IMG/VR virus record: IMGVR_UViG_3300025128_000017
Span: 32,158-96,157 of that record
Strand: one strand, 5' to 3'
Length of the DNA stretch: 64,000 nucleotides
Source: a virus
The number at the start of each line of letters is the position of its first letter. The first letter of the stretch is position 1. A program made the translations under genes and the position numbers. Under the pieces are notes generated by a model. It was not told the origin of the DNA. It was given only the letters and a program-made list of their open reading frames with translations, and ran no database searches. Positions 9,763 through 19,528 of this stretch are shown here, one piece after another.

Positions 9763-11482
9763 TCTCCACTATATTATCTGCACTATTTATTATTTTCATT
9801 TCATGTGGATGTATTGTTTTAGCATTGTCATCACTGTAACCAGCACCACTACGTCTTTTTAGATAACCTTCTTTGACTAAGTCTACCGCCTCATTAACTT
9901 CACTTGGATTACCAAACAAAAGCATATCTTTTACCTGTACAGCAGTCGGTAAATTTTCAGGGTCTTTATCCCATTTCATACTTAGAATTAAATCTCTTCG
10001 TACTATTCTTACACCTATATCTTCCTTTTCAACGTCAGTAAGAACTTCACTACCTGTTGTTAAATCCCAAGTTCTCTTATGTTTAGCAACACTACCTGTT
10101 GGCATTTTATCTATCAACTGTGGTATAAAAGCCCTCAATCGTGCTGCATGTTCAATATCCTTAAACAAATACGGTATCTCCCAATTGTTGTACCCAAGTA
10201 AAACATAAACTCGCTGTGGTTCTATGGGAGTCCATTGGAACTTAGCAATTTCATGACCATAGGATGACTTCTTGTCATACTTTGTGTATCTCCAACCATC
10301 GCCACATCTGCATATTGATTTGTCTGTGTGTTCTTCCGTTTCACCTGCTACATAACAAACTGAACATGCAGTATCATTTTCATTTCTGTTCTTACTTCGT
10401 GTGTCTTGAATCCAACTTGATACTTCTGTAAGCCAAGACCAGTCAGACCAACCATGTAATGCTCTCCTACCTATACCAGTTTTATTTACTAACCTACGAC
10501 CATCCCAATTTCTCATACGTTGTATTGAACCTTTGATTTCGTTTATCACTACTTCATCAGGTACACTTTGTGCTAGTGAACGTTTGACTCTATTGAATGG
10601 TACTATGCGACTTAGTGCTGTATTTCTAGCAGTTATATTTCTACGCTTAAATTGGTCATGATTCCAACCACTGTGAACAACACGACCCTTACCCCTATAC
10701 CAAATAGTATCCATTTCATCGGAGTCTTTTTCTTCTCTAATCATGTACCAATCAGTTGCAGTTACTTCATTGTGATGGGCACAACTACCATAGTTAGCAT
10801 CATCTCTTGTGTAACCGCACTCACCTTTCGTACGCTCCCATAGAAAACTAGTTGAAGACAAAAGTGCATAGTTGTCACTCATAAGTTCATGACTAATATT
10901 GAATTTGTCTGTACCGAATTTTTCTGCTAGATATAGTAATAGAGGTTTACATTCTTCTCTCATGAGGTATGCAGTGAAATTTGGCAAATTTGTTAAGTCC
11001 CCGTTTGTCAATTGGGGAGAATCACATCTAAAATGACACGCTTTCTTAACCACATCAGGTGCATCATCGTAGTACTCCCATTTGCTGATGCGACTACTAT
11101 TTTTCCAAGCAATTCTGCCTTCATATAGATAAGGAAGAGGTAGTTCATATTTAATAGTAAATACTTCATCATGTCCACATGATTCGACAAGAGGACTGGG
11201 TAAATTACCGTACCCTACCTTACCTGTCATCATAACTGTTGCAATACGTGTATTTTGATTTACCATATCTTTCCAAGTAAGTTGTGCTTGCTCTCCGTGG
11301 TTAGCAAGAGTGTACGCCACTGCTGCATCAATAGGCCAACACTTACTCAATTTATCCTGTATACGACCTAGTGTATTATCTACTAGAATAGGGTCATCTG
11401 TCCATAGTAAAGTTTCTTCTACTACACCTGCCGATACATATCTTTGCCAAGTATTCCAACCTTCTCTTTCTGCTTTACCCAT
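9755..11482 (-). CDS. Hypothetical protein (575 aa, Trp-rich)
   Basis: Long ORF, GGAGG RBS, coupled to the phosphotransferase gene. Confidence 0.8.
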   Translation of the reverse strand: MGKAEREGWNTWQRYVSAGVVEETLLWTDDPILVDNTLGRIQDKLSKCWPIDAAVAYTLANHGEQAQLTWKDMVNQNTRIATVMMTGKVGYGNLPSPLVESCGHDEVFTIKYELPLPYLYEGRIAWKNSSRISKWEYYDDAPDVVKKACHFRCDSPQLTNGDLTNLPNFTAYLMREECKPLLLYLAEKFGTDKFNISHELMSDNYALLSSTSFLWERTKGECGYTRDDANYGSCAHHNEVTATDWYMIREEKDSDEMDTIWYRGKGRVVHSGWNHDQFKRRNITARNTALSRIVPFNRVKRSLAQSVPDEVVINEIKGSIQRMRNWDGRRLVNKTGIGRRALHGWSDWSWLTEVSSWIQDTRSKNRNENDTACSVCYVAGETEEHTDKSICRCGDGWRYTKYDKKSSYGHEIAKFQWTPIEPQRVYVLLGYNNWEIPYLFKDIEHAARLRAFIPQLIDKMPTGSVAKHKRTWDLTTGSEVLTDVEKEDIGVRIVRRDLILSMKWDKDPENLPTAVQVKDMLLFGNPSEVNEAVDLVKEGYLKRRSGAGYSDDNAKTIHPHEMKIINSADNIVESE

Positions 11483-11483
11483 C

Positions 11484-12116
11484 TTAGTTACCTCCTGATG
11501 GTGCGTATGTCATTTCAAAATTCAATTTTGACCAATCGAGAACATACCTTGCTTTCAAAATCTTAGCACTTTGAGCATCTTCTTTCAAATCCCAATCGTT
11601 CTCAAGATATTTCTTATTCGTTACACCATAAAACATACCACGAGGTATACATGCAGGGATTGGTTCTTTAACTGCTTTATCTTTCTGTGGACCATTCTCT
11701 AACGTGTAACTTACTCCAACATTATGTTCCCAAGTAAAACTAATTGGTTTCAATTTAGATACATCAATATCTTTTTGTTTAAACCACCACAACATTTGTT
11801 CTCCATAGGGATGGTTACACAGACCAGACTCAGTCGTTGTGTATACTTTCAAAATATCGCCGTCAGTTGTTTCAGGTTTCATCGCACTACTCAATTGCAA
11901 ATACTCAACAGTATCTTTGTTCCACTTGCGGTCTCCCCAATTGGCAATTGCGAATATTTGTCCTGTCTCTTCGTGTTCCCAACCACCACATCTTTGTCCG
12001 TAGCCACTACCACCACAATAGAATAAACGCACCTTTCCATCAGGACATTCAAATCCCACTTTTTCGCCTTCTACCCATTGACCATTCTCTATCTTATCAC
12101 TTATATCTTCACTCAT
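11484..12116 (-). CDS. Hypothetical protein
   Basis: 210 aa, ATGA overlap with upstream gene. Confidence 0.75.
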   Translation of the reverse strand: MSEDISDKIENGQWVEGEKVGFECPDGKVRLFYCGGSGYGQRCGGWEHEETGQIFAIANWGDRKWNKDTVEYLQLSSAMKPETTDGDILKVYTTTESGLCNHPYGEQMLWWFKQKDIDVSKLKPISFTWEHNVGVSYTLENGPQKDKAVKEPIPACIPRGMFYGVTNKKYLENDWDLKEDAQSAKILKARYVLDWSKLNFEMTYAPSGGN

Positions 12117-12358
12117 TCTTCATTCACTCCTATTACCTCATTCCACATTTCATTTGCTTCAGTTGGTGTTACAACTGTGGTAAATATTGTATCTGATGAT
12201 ACATGTATATCTACATCTATAACCTTTGGATGATTACTTCCCAGTACTCTCATCTGTATAGCAGTTATATCACTATATCTAATGGCAGTAGCATAATCCA
12301 TACCATCTCTTTTTGTTACCACTTCAATCCATTTTTCATTCTTATTGTCATTCAACAT
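12113..12358 (-). CDS. Small beta-rich hypothetical protein
   Basis: Start corrected to the ATG 29 nt after the TATA box. Confidence 0.65.
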   Translation of the reverse strand: MLNDNKNEKWIEVVTKRDGMDYATAIRYSDITAIQMRVLGSNHPKVIDVDIHVSSDTIFTTVVTPTEANEMWNEVIGVNEE

Positions 12359-12370
12359 AGTTTCTTTATG

Positions 12371-12393
12371 TTCTGTTCTTTTATATACTGAAA
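12371..12393 (-). promoter_or_regulatory. Early promoter copy TTTCAGTATATAAAAGAACAGAA
   Basis: TATA starts 12387, ATG at 12358 (29 nt), consistent with a leaderless archaeal transcript. Confidence 0.85.
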
Positions 12394-12546
12394 TTTGTTT
12401 GAACAAAAAAATATAACTCTTATTGTACGTATTACATTATATAAAAGAAATATACACGTAACCCTTCATGATTTTGACTATACGCTACGCTATTATTGAA
12501 TCATAAATTCATTGATATGTACGTGAAAATGGAGACTATCATCTCT

Positions 12547-12564
12547 CAACAGTATATAAAGAAC
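12547..12564 (+). promoter_or_regulatory. Plus-strand promoter variant CAACAGTATATAAAGAAC
   Basis: One-base-shorter copy of the motif; ATG at 12582 is 29 nt from TATA start 12553. Confidence 0.55.
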
Positions 12565-12591
12565 GTGCGTATAGGGTACAAATGCCAAGCC

Positions 12592-12624
12592 AAAAAAAAA
12601 GGCGAGGGCCGTTAAGCCCCCGCC
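12592..12624 (-). terminator. Hairpin plus U9 terminator
   Basis: Minus strand GGCGGGGGC-TTAACG-GCCCTCGCC-TTTTTTTTT downstream of the helicase operon. Confidence 0.8.
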
Positions 12625-12670
12625 AGTTTGTTATGTGTTACGTGCGTGTGTTAATAGATTCCCTTCTTCA

Positions 12671-13003
12671 TTATTTAATCTCCTCCATATATTTCTTTAA
12701 ATTCTTAGGTAAGTATTTGTGTAAACGTTCATTCTGCATGGCTATATATTCATGGTTACTTACCCATATTATACCCATACTTCTTGCTTTACTTTTGTTC
12801 TTTTTCATTATACCAAGTAACCCTTCATGTGGTGGTCTAGGATGTTCATATAAAGCACGACAATGAAAAATAGGTTCTCCCCACCTAGTAAATGCACCTT
12901 TATCAAACCATTTTTTTAAATGCCACATAGATGGTCTTAACATATCATAATCCGGTACACCATTTACTAAACAAAAACCGTGTGTGCTTATACTCTCATT
13001 CAT
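12671..13003 (-). CDS. Hypothetical protein
   Basis: Start set at MNESIST overlapping the helicase stop. Confidence 0.6.
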   Translation of the reverse strand: MNESISTHGFCLVNGVPDYDMLRPSMWHLKKWFDKGAFTRWGEPIFHCRALYEHPRPPHEGLLGIMKKNKSKARSMGIIWVSNHEYIAMQNERLHKYLPKNLKKYMEEIK

Positions 13004-15143
13004 ATTTCTTAGCCCCTTTGTTATTTCCTTTACCTTGTCTGTAATCATCTAGCATAGACGCTGGTACTTGACCTGACTCTACCATACCTTGTAGTATCTG
13101 TTCAACTATCTCACCCCTATTTACTGCTTCTTCAGTACCATTAAGAATGGATGATATGACTCTTCTCTTTTCCTCAACCACACGGTCGAAGTGTTGGTCT
13201 ATTGTTCCATCAACTGTTAGATAGATAGCCCAACAAGTATCACCAGTAGCACCTATCCTTAGCACTCTATCTTCTGCTTGTTCTTCCCAACCTGATACCC
13301 ACTCACGTTCTAAGAATACAACAGTATCAGCGGCAGTAAGAGTAATACCTGCATTGGCAGCAGTTATAGAACAAAACAGTATATCTAAATTACCATCTTG
13401 AAAGTCATCTACAATTTCCTGTCTCTTCTTAGACAATGTATCACCTGTTATCTTTGCTACTCTTTTGATACCCGATGCAACACACTCACTCATGCAATCC
13501 TCCAACACATCTTTGTGGTGCGTATAAACTATGATTGGTTTGTTATTATTATTAGTCCTGTAATCTTCTATGTACTTTACCGCACTGTTTACTTTTAAAT
13601 GTCCACACAGTTTTCTTAAGTCAGTCATCATGTTCAATACAAAACCTCTCGGCATACCTTTGTGTGCTTTATACATATCATATTGTGAAACCCATGACGC
13701 TTGTGTCTCCATGTAATCATCTAACTCATCTTCACTAGGTTGTACAATAAATGACTGTCTTACTTTCTTAGGTAACTGTGGTAAGACTTCTGTTTTTAGT
13801 CTACGTATCATAAAGTCTCTACACATAGCATTTAATTCCTGTGTATTACTTGCACCTTTAGTATACCAAAAACCATGATTATCTTCAGGTCTTCTACCAT
13901 CGCAATATCTTAAAACATAATCTTGCCATCTACCTCTCCAGTCAGCAGGTCTAAGCATTTGTAGTATAGTAAAGAAATCAATAGGTCTGTTAGATATGGG
14001 TGTACCTGACATACATAGTATTGATTCAGCACTACCGCCAACCTTCAAACAAGACATAGTTCTTTTTGCTTTAGGGTTCTTCATGTTATCACATTCATCA
14101 AACACAACAAGATTAAACCCACGTTTGAGTATGTTGCTCTCTTGTTTAGCCATCTTAGCGTAGGTGATTACTGTAAAGTCTACGTCTTCCAGTTCATCAT
14201 CACCCCTTTCAACTACTTGCACCGTTGCATCTTTAACCCAACGTAGTATTTCTTTCTTCCAATTTTGTTCTACGATAAGTGGTACAACAACAAGCACAGG
14301 CCAATGTTCAGGATGAAGTGCTGCATACGCTATGGCTTGTATCGTTTTACCAACACCCATGTCATCAGCAATTAAACAACGACCACCCGATAGTTCAGCA
14401 TATCTCACACCTACATACTGAAAGCCGAACAATTCTAAATCGGGATTAAACTGTACTGCTAGTCTACTCTTCATGTCTTCTAGTGTTTCATCATCTTCTA
14501 AAGATACTGCACCACTAATTGCTATTCTTTCAACCTTGCCTTCTAGGTATGAAGCAACTTGAGGTAACTCTCTGATTGAAGTAGCCATGTTAGCACACTC
14601 ACTATGTTCATCAAGAAGCGAAAGTAATTCCATACATGAACTCAATGGCACTGACCACTCAAGTGATTCAGCCTTCCATCTTCTACCACTCATACCACTT
14701 ACTATACCTCTAGCAACATCATCCTTATTCATTCTCATGTGTATGGCATCCTTAACCATACGCACACCCAAAGGAACTACAACTTTTTCAACACCTTCAG
14801 GTGCATCATATAAATAATCATGTAAGTCATCGCACAAGTAAGATTCTGTTATACCTAAATTGTAATACTCTTTACGCTTGTAAGCATTCTCTAGTAAATC
14901 AATTGCCTTAGCGATTGTAATCTTGTCATCTTTAAGACATCTTACTTTTGCTTCATTATCCCATTGATAATCAGGAAACTCTATTCCATTTTTTAATATC
15001 GTATGTATGTTAGCATGGTATGGATTATTCCTATCCCAATCTGATTCTAAATCTATGGAGATACTAGGGTTATTCCATTTTCTATACATCCTGTTATATC
15101 GTTCTGCTTCTATTGTTCTACGTCTTAATACCCTACGATTCAT
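12996..15143 (-). CDS. SNF2-family ATPase, SMARCAL1/HARP-like
   Basis: ADDMGVGKT, FDECD, SGTP..N, RRLK.EVL..LP.K, GITLTAA, QAEDR..RIG. Confidence 0.9.
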   Translation of the reverse strand: MNRRVLRRRTIEAERYNRMYRKWNNPSISIDLESDWDRNNPYHANIHTILKNGIEFPDYQWDNEAKVRCLKDDKITIAKAIDLLENAYKRKEYYNLGITESYLCDDLHDYLYDAPEGVEKVVVPLGVRMVKDAIHMRMNKDDVARGIVSGMSGRRWKAESLEWSVPLSSCMELLSLLDEHSECANMATSIRELPQVASYLEGKVERIAISGAVSLEDDETLEDMKSRLAVQFNPDLELFGFQYVGVRYAELSGGRCLIADDMGVGKTIQAIAYAALHPEHWPVLVVVPLIVEQNWKKEILRWVKDATVQVVERGDDELEDVDFTVITYAKMAKQESNILKRGFNLVVFDECDNMKNPKAKRTMSCLKVGGSAESILCMSGTPISNRPIDFFTILQMLRPADWRGRWQDYVLRYCDGRRPEDNHGFWYTKGASNTQELNAMCRDFMIRRLKTEVLPQLPKKVRQSFIVQPSEDELDDYMETQASWVSQYDMYKAHKGMPRGFVLNMMTDLRKLCGHLKVNSAVKYIEDYRTNNNNKPIIVYTHHKDVLEDCMSECVASGIKRVAKITGDTLSKKRQEIVDDFQDGNLDILFCSITAANAGITLTAADTVVFLEREWVSGWEEQAEDRVLRIGATGDTCWAIYLTVDGTIDQHFDRVVEEKRRVISSILNGTEEAVNRGEIVEQILQGMVESGQVPASMLDDYRQGKGNNKGAKKYE

Positions 15144-15241
15144 GCTAATCTACTCCTTACACATTCATATACTAGGTTGCCAAGCGACCACAAAAACGCA
15201 ACACCAACAAGAACTATTGGAAATACATCTACTTCACTCAT
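15140..15241 (-). CDS. 33-aa single-TM peptide (below track cutoff)
   Basis: MSEVDVFPIVLVGVAFLWSLGNLVYECVRSRLA; ATGA overlap with the helicase start. Confidence 0.45.
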   Translation of the reverse strand: MSEVDVFPIVLVGVAFLWSLGNLVYECVRSRLA

Positions 15242-15245
15242 ATGA

Positions 15246-15752
15246 TTACCATCCTCTCTCGTTCAAATCGTGTAACTCTTTATCTGTCAGCAGTCTATGT
15301 CCTTTTGCTTCTGCTTGTCTACATGGACGACAAACCTTGTTCACATCATCATCTTGATATCTACCTTCACACTTTTCAGTGTAATGCCAACGGAAATCAC
15401 CTACATTATGTTCAGTATCTATTGGTAGGTCAGTGTAGACGTTACCTGTGTTACGACATTTGTATGTATATATTATACCTGCGACTTTTGGTTTTGTATC
15501 TTTCAAATAACTCGTATGGTATGCGTCCACTTCACATTCTTCTACCCTTCTAATTGCTTCGGCTTTACTTACTGTGGCATTTGGAAACATACTTTCTTTA
15601 CCATACTTAGCATCCACTGTAAAACAATCTTCTTCCCATCTTCTACGTGTCAATAGATACTGTACTCTTATTACTTCATCACCATGTTTACTTTTCTCTT
15701 TCCAATATTTATGGTGTTGAACATACGCATCTACAAATGGTACTGAACTCAT
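15246..15752 (-). CDS. Hypothetical protein
   Basis: 168 aa, Cys cluster near the C-terminus. Confidence 0.7.
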   Translation of the reverse strand: MSSVPFVDAYVQHHKYWKEKSKHGDEVIRVQYLLTRRRWEEDCFTVDAKYGKESMFPNATVSKAEAIRRVEECEVDAYHTSYLKDTKPKVAGIIYTYKCRNTGNVYTDLPIDTEHNVGDFRWHYTEKCEGRYQDDDVNKVCRPCRQAEAKGHRLLTDKELHDLNERGW

Positions 15753-15958
15753 TCTTCTTCCCCCATATCAAACGCTTCAGCGTACATTTCCCTCACTTGC
15801 TCATCAGTTAATTGATTGTATGGAATCCAACCATCACCTGATAGAATAGCCCAAAGAAACTCACGGTCGCCGTAAGTATAAGAGTTTTCTATTAAAGCGA
15901 TGTCTGTCTCTATCAATGCGTTCACCATCATTTCTCTTGTCTTTACTACATCACTCAT
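15749..15958 (-). CDS. Small acidic hypothetical protein
   Basis: ATGA coupling. Confidence 0.65.
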   Translation of the reverse strand: MSDVVKTREMMVNALIETDIALIENSYTYGDREFLWAILSGDGWIPYNQLTDEQVREMYAEAFDMGEEE

Positions 15959-16263
15959 TCTTCCTCGCCTCCTAATTCAGCATCTAACCTAGCCAACTCT
16001 TCACGTAATGCTACTCTTCTTGCTTTCTTCTTACGCAATTCAACTATCGCTTTCATAGCAACAGGGTCATAGTCATCAGTGTTACCTTCAGTCTCAAACC
16101 AATCAAGCAAGTCATCGAACCTCGATATGATTTCAGGTGCATACCAATGTCCAAACATATTCATTGTACCTGACTCCTGTACACTACGGTAATCATCCCA
16201 CATGGCTTTCGTTACGTTTGCTAACATTCTTCTTTGTATTTCATTTTGTGTTAATCCTCTCAT
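15955..16263 (-). CDS. Hypothetical protein (SG..NMF motif, DUF5049-like)
   Basis: YRSVQESGTMNMFG; recalled similarity only. Confidence 0.5.
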   Translation of the reverse strand: MRGLTQNEIQRRMLANVTKAMWDDYRSVQESGTMNMFGHWYAPEIISRFDDLLDWFETEGNTDDYDPVAMKAIVELRKKKARRVALREELARLDAELGGEEE

Positions 16264-17204
16264 TCTTCCTCGCCCCCTAGTATCGCTGACAGTATGTAGT
16301 CAGCCGCTTTCTGTGCATCACCAAACGCTTTGTTCAATGCTTTGTCTTTATCTTTGCAAGCCTTGAGCCATGACTGTAAGTATGCTACGTTGTTAGCATT
16401 CTCTTCGGCCACCAAGTCAGGCTTGAACTCACCACCAAGAGTGAGTGTAACAATCAATGAACCAAGTTCAGCAATCAATTCCTCGTAGGCATACTCCGCC
16501 GAACCAAAGTGAGACTTGAGATTTCTATTTAGTCTTGTTGCATATCCAGTGGAGTGAACTGCCTCATGTATAGCAGTCATCACTTCACCCATGCTGTCAG
16601 TGAATGACTCATGTGGTGGTAGTACAATCTTATCGTGTACTGGTGTATAGTATGCTCTGTCGCCACCTCTTGAGTAATCAAGATTGACTTGCGATGCTAC
16701 GTATTCATCCATGTGTTCCATCATTTCTGACACAGGTACAATCTCTTCAGCATTCTCAACAACGGGTGCTACGTAGTCCTCACATTGTTCAACACAAAAC
16801 ACTTCATAGTATCTAAGTGTACGACCGTAGTGTTCTTCTTCCTCACCCTCATCATTCTTCTTAGTGTACTTAGTAGTATTGAACCACTTGATGCTTACAC
16901 CTGTACCATTCTTCAAGCCTTTGATTGACATTTTCTTAGCCATCAACTGCTTACGTGTAGCAAACCGTAGGTCAGTCCAACCATTAGTCATCGCTTCAAT
17001 CCAAAGCATGACTAGATTACCACCACGATATGATTTCTTAGACACTAGATTGGATGGCATACTACTCTTACCACCCTTCCAATGCTTACGCCAAGCCAAC
17101 TTCTCACCCTGTATCGCACCCTCTAGTTTCTGAAACCACTCATCGTTAGCAGTTTCTCTCTTCATCTTTGCATATTGTTTCTTCTGTTGTATACTCATCG
17201 TCAT
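16260..17204 (-). CDS. ardC: ArdC-like antirestriction protein (ssDNA-binding + zincin-like domain)
   Basis: P.N..S.K.YRG.N, AYY.P..D.I.LP, HEAVHSTG...RLNR, YAYEELIAELGS. Confidence 0.9.
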   Translation of the reverse strand: MTMSIQQKKQYAKMKRETANDEWFQKLEGAIQGEKLAWRKHWKGGKSSMPSNLVSKKSYRGGNLVMLWIEAMTNGWTDLRFATRKQLMAKKMSIKGLKNGTGVSIKWFNTTKYTKKNDEGEEEEHYGRTLRYYEVFCVEQCEDYVAPVVENAEEIVPVSEMMEHMDEYVASQVNLDYSRGGDRAYYTPVHDKIVLPPHESFTDSMGEVMTAIHEAVHSTGYATRLNRNLKSHFGSAEYAYEELIAELGSLIVTLTLGGEFKPDLVAEENANNVAYLQSWLKACKDKDKALNKAFGDAQKAADYILSAILGGEEE

Positions 17205-17205
17205 A

Positions 17206-17424
17206 TTATTTCATCTCCCTTATCTGTTTTGCTATTGATTCTCTCATCGCTTTCTTTTCTTCGTCTGTATGGCCCATGACTATCCATTGAGAACCACACT
17301 GTTCACAAAAGAAATCATTTGCATCTTCATCATAGTCCACAGTTTTCTCACTACATTCTTCTGTTACATTACAATGTAACCAATCTTTCTTCTTTATTTC
17401 CTCTATCGTCATTCTTTTATCCAT
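17206..17424 (-). CDS. Small Cys-rich protein
   Basis: C-x5-C...CEQC. Confidence 0.55.
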   Translation of the reverse strand: MDKRMTIEEIKKKDWLHCNVTEECSEKTVDYDEDANDFFCEQCGSQWIVMGHTDEEKKAMRESIAKQIREMK

Positions 17425-17425
17425 A

Positions 17426-17743
17426 TTATTTCATCTCCTTTGTAGGCCAAGCAATCTTTTGTGCTTGTTCTAATTTTTCTAGTAACTCATCGTAAGTATT
17501 GAACATATTACCATTCTTACCATGTATTTTCAATTGTCTAATCAAGTAATCAATCTGTGCTTTAGCCGCTTGTTGATTCATGAGATATTCATACTTCAAT
17601 TGTGAATCTCTACCCCACTTTTCTATCTTAGCCCTGTCGATTTTATTCCACTTACTCTTACTTCTTATCCTTGCTTCTTCATTAGCAGGTAAATATCTGT
17701 CATCATTCTTACTATTATATTTTCTTCTTCTCATTTTATTCAT
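17426..17743 (-). CDS. Basic hypothetical protein
   Basis: Directly after a promoter copy. Confidence 0.65.
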   Translation of the reverse strand: MNKMRRRKYNSKNDDRYLPANEEARIRSKSKWNKIDRAKIEKWGRDSQLKYEYLMNQQAAKAQIDYLIRQLKIHGKNGNMFNTYDELLEKLEQAQKIAWPTKEMK

Positions 17744-17756
17744 CTCCTTTCTTTAT

Positions 17757-17773
17757 TGTTCTTTTATATACTG
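17757..17773 (-). promoter_or_regulatory. Early promoter copy CAGTATATAAAAGAACA
   Basis: TATA starts 17770, ATG 17743 (27 nt). Confidence 0.8.
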
Positions 17774-17781
17774 TTTTCATT

Positions 17782-18360
17782 TTATATTATCTCCATTATA
17801 TCTTTCATACTCTTTATTACTAATCCTTCTCTAAGCACTAACCAATCACCATCATCAGTCTTAAAACATCTATACCCATCCTTTTTTATGGCGGCCTTAT
17901 CTTTATTCCACAAATCCCAAAACTCTTGGTTAGGTGTAGCATACCATGTTTTGTTCCCTTTCTTATTCTTCTTGTTCGATAGATTAAATGTCAAACCGAA
18001 TGCTTCGTACTTAGTATAGACAGGTCTAGGTTCTTCGTGATGCTCTACTCTTACGTTCAACCATACGCCTGAATCTGCAAGTTCTCTTGCCCTTGCGAAT
18101 GCTTTTTCTGTTGCATCGTCTGCTTTATGTGATAGGTTTTGCACAAAGTATTGGAACTGTGCCGCACCCCTTCCATTATAAACTACTCCTTCATAATACA
18201 ATGTGTAGTATTGTTCTTTCTTACCTGTCCTACAAACGTGTAATGTTATGTCATTGAAATTATTATTACCACCCTTACGTACTATATACAACTCCCTGTA
18301 CCCATAACCATCTTCATCAGTCTTCTCTTCATATTCATATATCTGCTTTGTCTCTGTCAT
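17782..18360 (-). CDS. Hypothetical protein
   Basis: 192 aa, ATGA overlap. Confidence 0.7.
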   Translation of the reverse strand: MTETKQIYEYEEKTDEDGYGYRELYIVRKGGNNNFNDITLHVCRTGKKEQYYTLYYEGVVYNGRGAAQFQYFVQNLSHKADDATEKAFARARELADSGVWLNVRVEHHEEPRPVYTKYEAFGLTFNLSNKKNKKGNKTWYATPNQEFWDLWNKDKAAIKKDGYRCFKTDDGDWLVLREGLVIKSMKDIMEII

Positions 18361-18890
18361 TCATCTTCACCTTCCTCTTCATCATCTAACATCCCAAATA
18401 GGGCATTTCCATACACTTCAGGGTATTTTGGATGTGTGCTATACAACATCACCTTTGATGACCACTCTCCATTGACGAATGATACGATGTCTTTTGTAGA
18501 TATATAATACACATCACCAAAGGGAAAGGATGTATTTGCATATGTATCTTCTAAGTACCATTCCCAATTCTTTTGGAATACACGGAATCCTCTTGGTAAG
18601 TATTCATTCAATCGTGCTTTGGTAGTAACTGATTGCCAACCACCGTCTGATGGCAAGATTCTGTCCTCGTATATGTCTATGATTCTATTACCATGTAGGC
18701 GTATTGTGTAGTATGGAAAGGCATCCGTTTTACTCTTTTCAAAAGAATATGTAAGATTATGATTCCATCCACGCGTTCCTTTAATTTCTTCGGCAGTAGT
18801 GAAGTACAACCGTGTGTTGTTTCCAATAGGCTTACCCTTTTTCTTGTTTCTCGCCGTCTTCATCAATTCTTCTGCTTCATTCCAATTCAT
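18357..18890 (-). CDS. Conserved viral hypothetical protein (GW...TTK.RLN motif)
   Basis: LHGNRI...DGGWQSVTTKARLN. Confidence 0.6.
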   Translation of the reverse strand: MNWNEAEELMKTARNKKKGKPIGNNTRLYFTTAEEIKGTRGWNHNLTYSFEKSKTDAFPYYTIRLHGNRIIDIYEDRILPSDGGWQSVTTKARLNEYLPRGFRVFQKNWEWYLEDTYANTSFPFGDVYYISTKDIVSFVNGEWSSKVMLYSTHPKYPEVYGNALFGMLDDEEEGEDE

Positions 18891-19084
18891 TCTACATCCC
18901 TCGTTAAAACCATGTTCCCATCATCATCATGTTCCCATGTACCTAGTCTTCCGTAGTAATCTGCTATGGCATCTAATGCCTCTCGGTATAATCGGATACT
19001 AGATTTACGTAATGCGTGAGTAAATTCAGAAGCATTAAAGACAATATCTTCGGGAGTTATTATTCTCAACCCTTCATCACTCAT
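18887..19084 (-). CDS. Small hypothetical protein
   Basis: 65 aa; shares a 63-bp block with the upstream gene. Confidence 0.6.
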   Translation of the reverse strand: MSDEGLRIITPEDIVFNASEFTHALRKSSIRLYREALDAIADYYGRLGTWEHDDDGNMVLTRDVE

Positions 19085-19528
19085 TCTGTCACCACCAATG
19101 GGTCGTCTAAAGATTCCATGAGCGTTATCAGTAATTCACGATGAGTACGTATGTCAATCACACCTTTGTGTATCTCACCATTGTCCAAGATGATGTCTAT
19201 ACCAATCTTACCCACTGGTACTGCATCCCTTACAATGAGTATCTTACTACCACTTTCTATTTCTTCCATGATGTTCATTACCAATGGGTCGTCTAAAGAT
19301 TCCATGAGCGTTATCAGTCCGTAGTAATCTGCTATGGCATCTAATGCCTCTCGGTATAATCGGATACTAGATTTACGTAATAATTCACGATGAGCATGTA
19401 TGTCAATCACACCTTGATGTATCTCACCATTGTCCAAGATGATGTCTACACCAACCTTACCATAAGGTACTGCATCCCTTACGATGAGTAACTTACTACC
19501 ATTTTCTATTTCTTCCATAATGTTCATT
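18951..19528. repeat. Tandem 186-bp duplication plus an exact 63-bp block copy
   Basis: 19094-19279 repeated at 19280-19528; 18951-19013 identical to 19319-19381. Confidence 0.9.

Noticed and set aside
19094-19528. Diversity-generating retroelement template/variable repeat pair
   Set aside because: Differences are not adenine-specific on either strand and no reverse transcriptase is in the window
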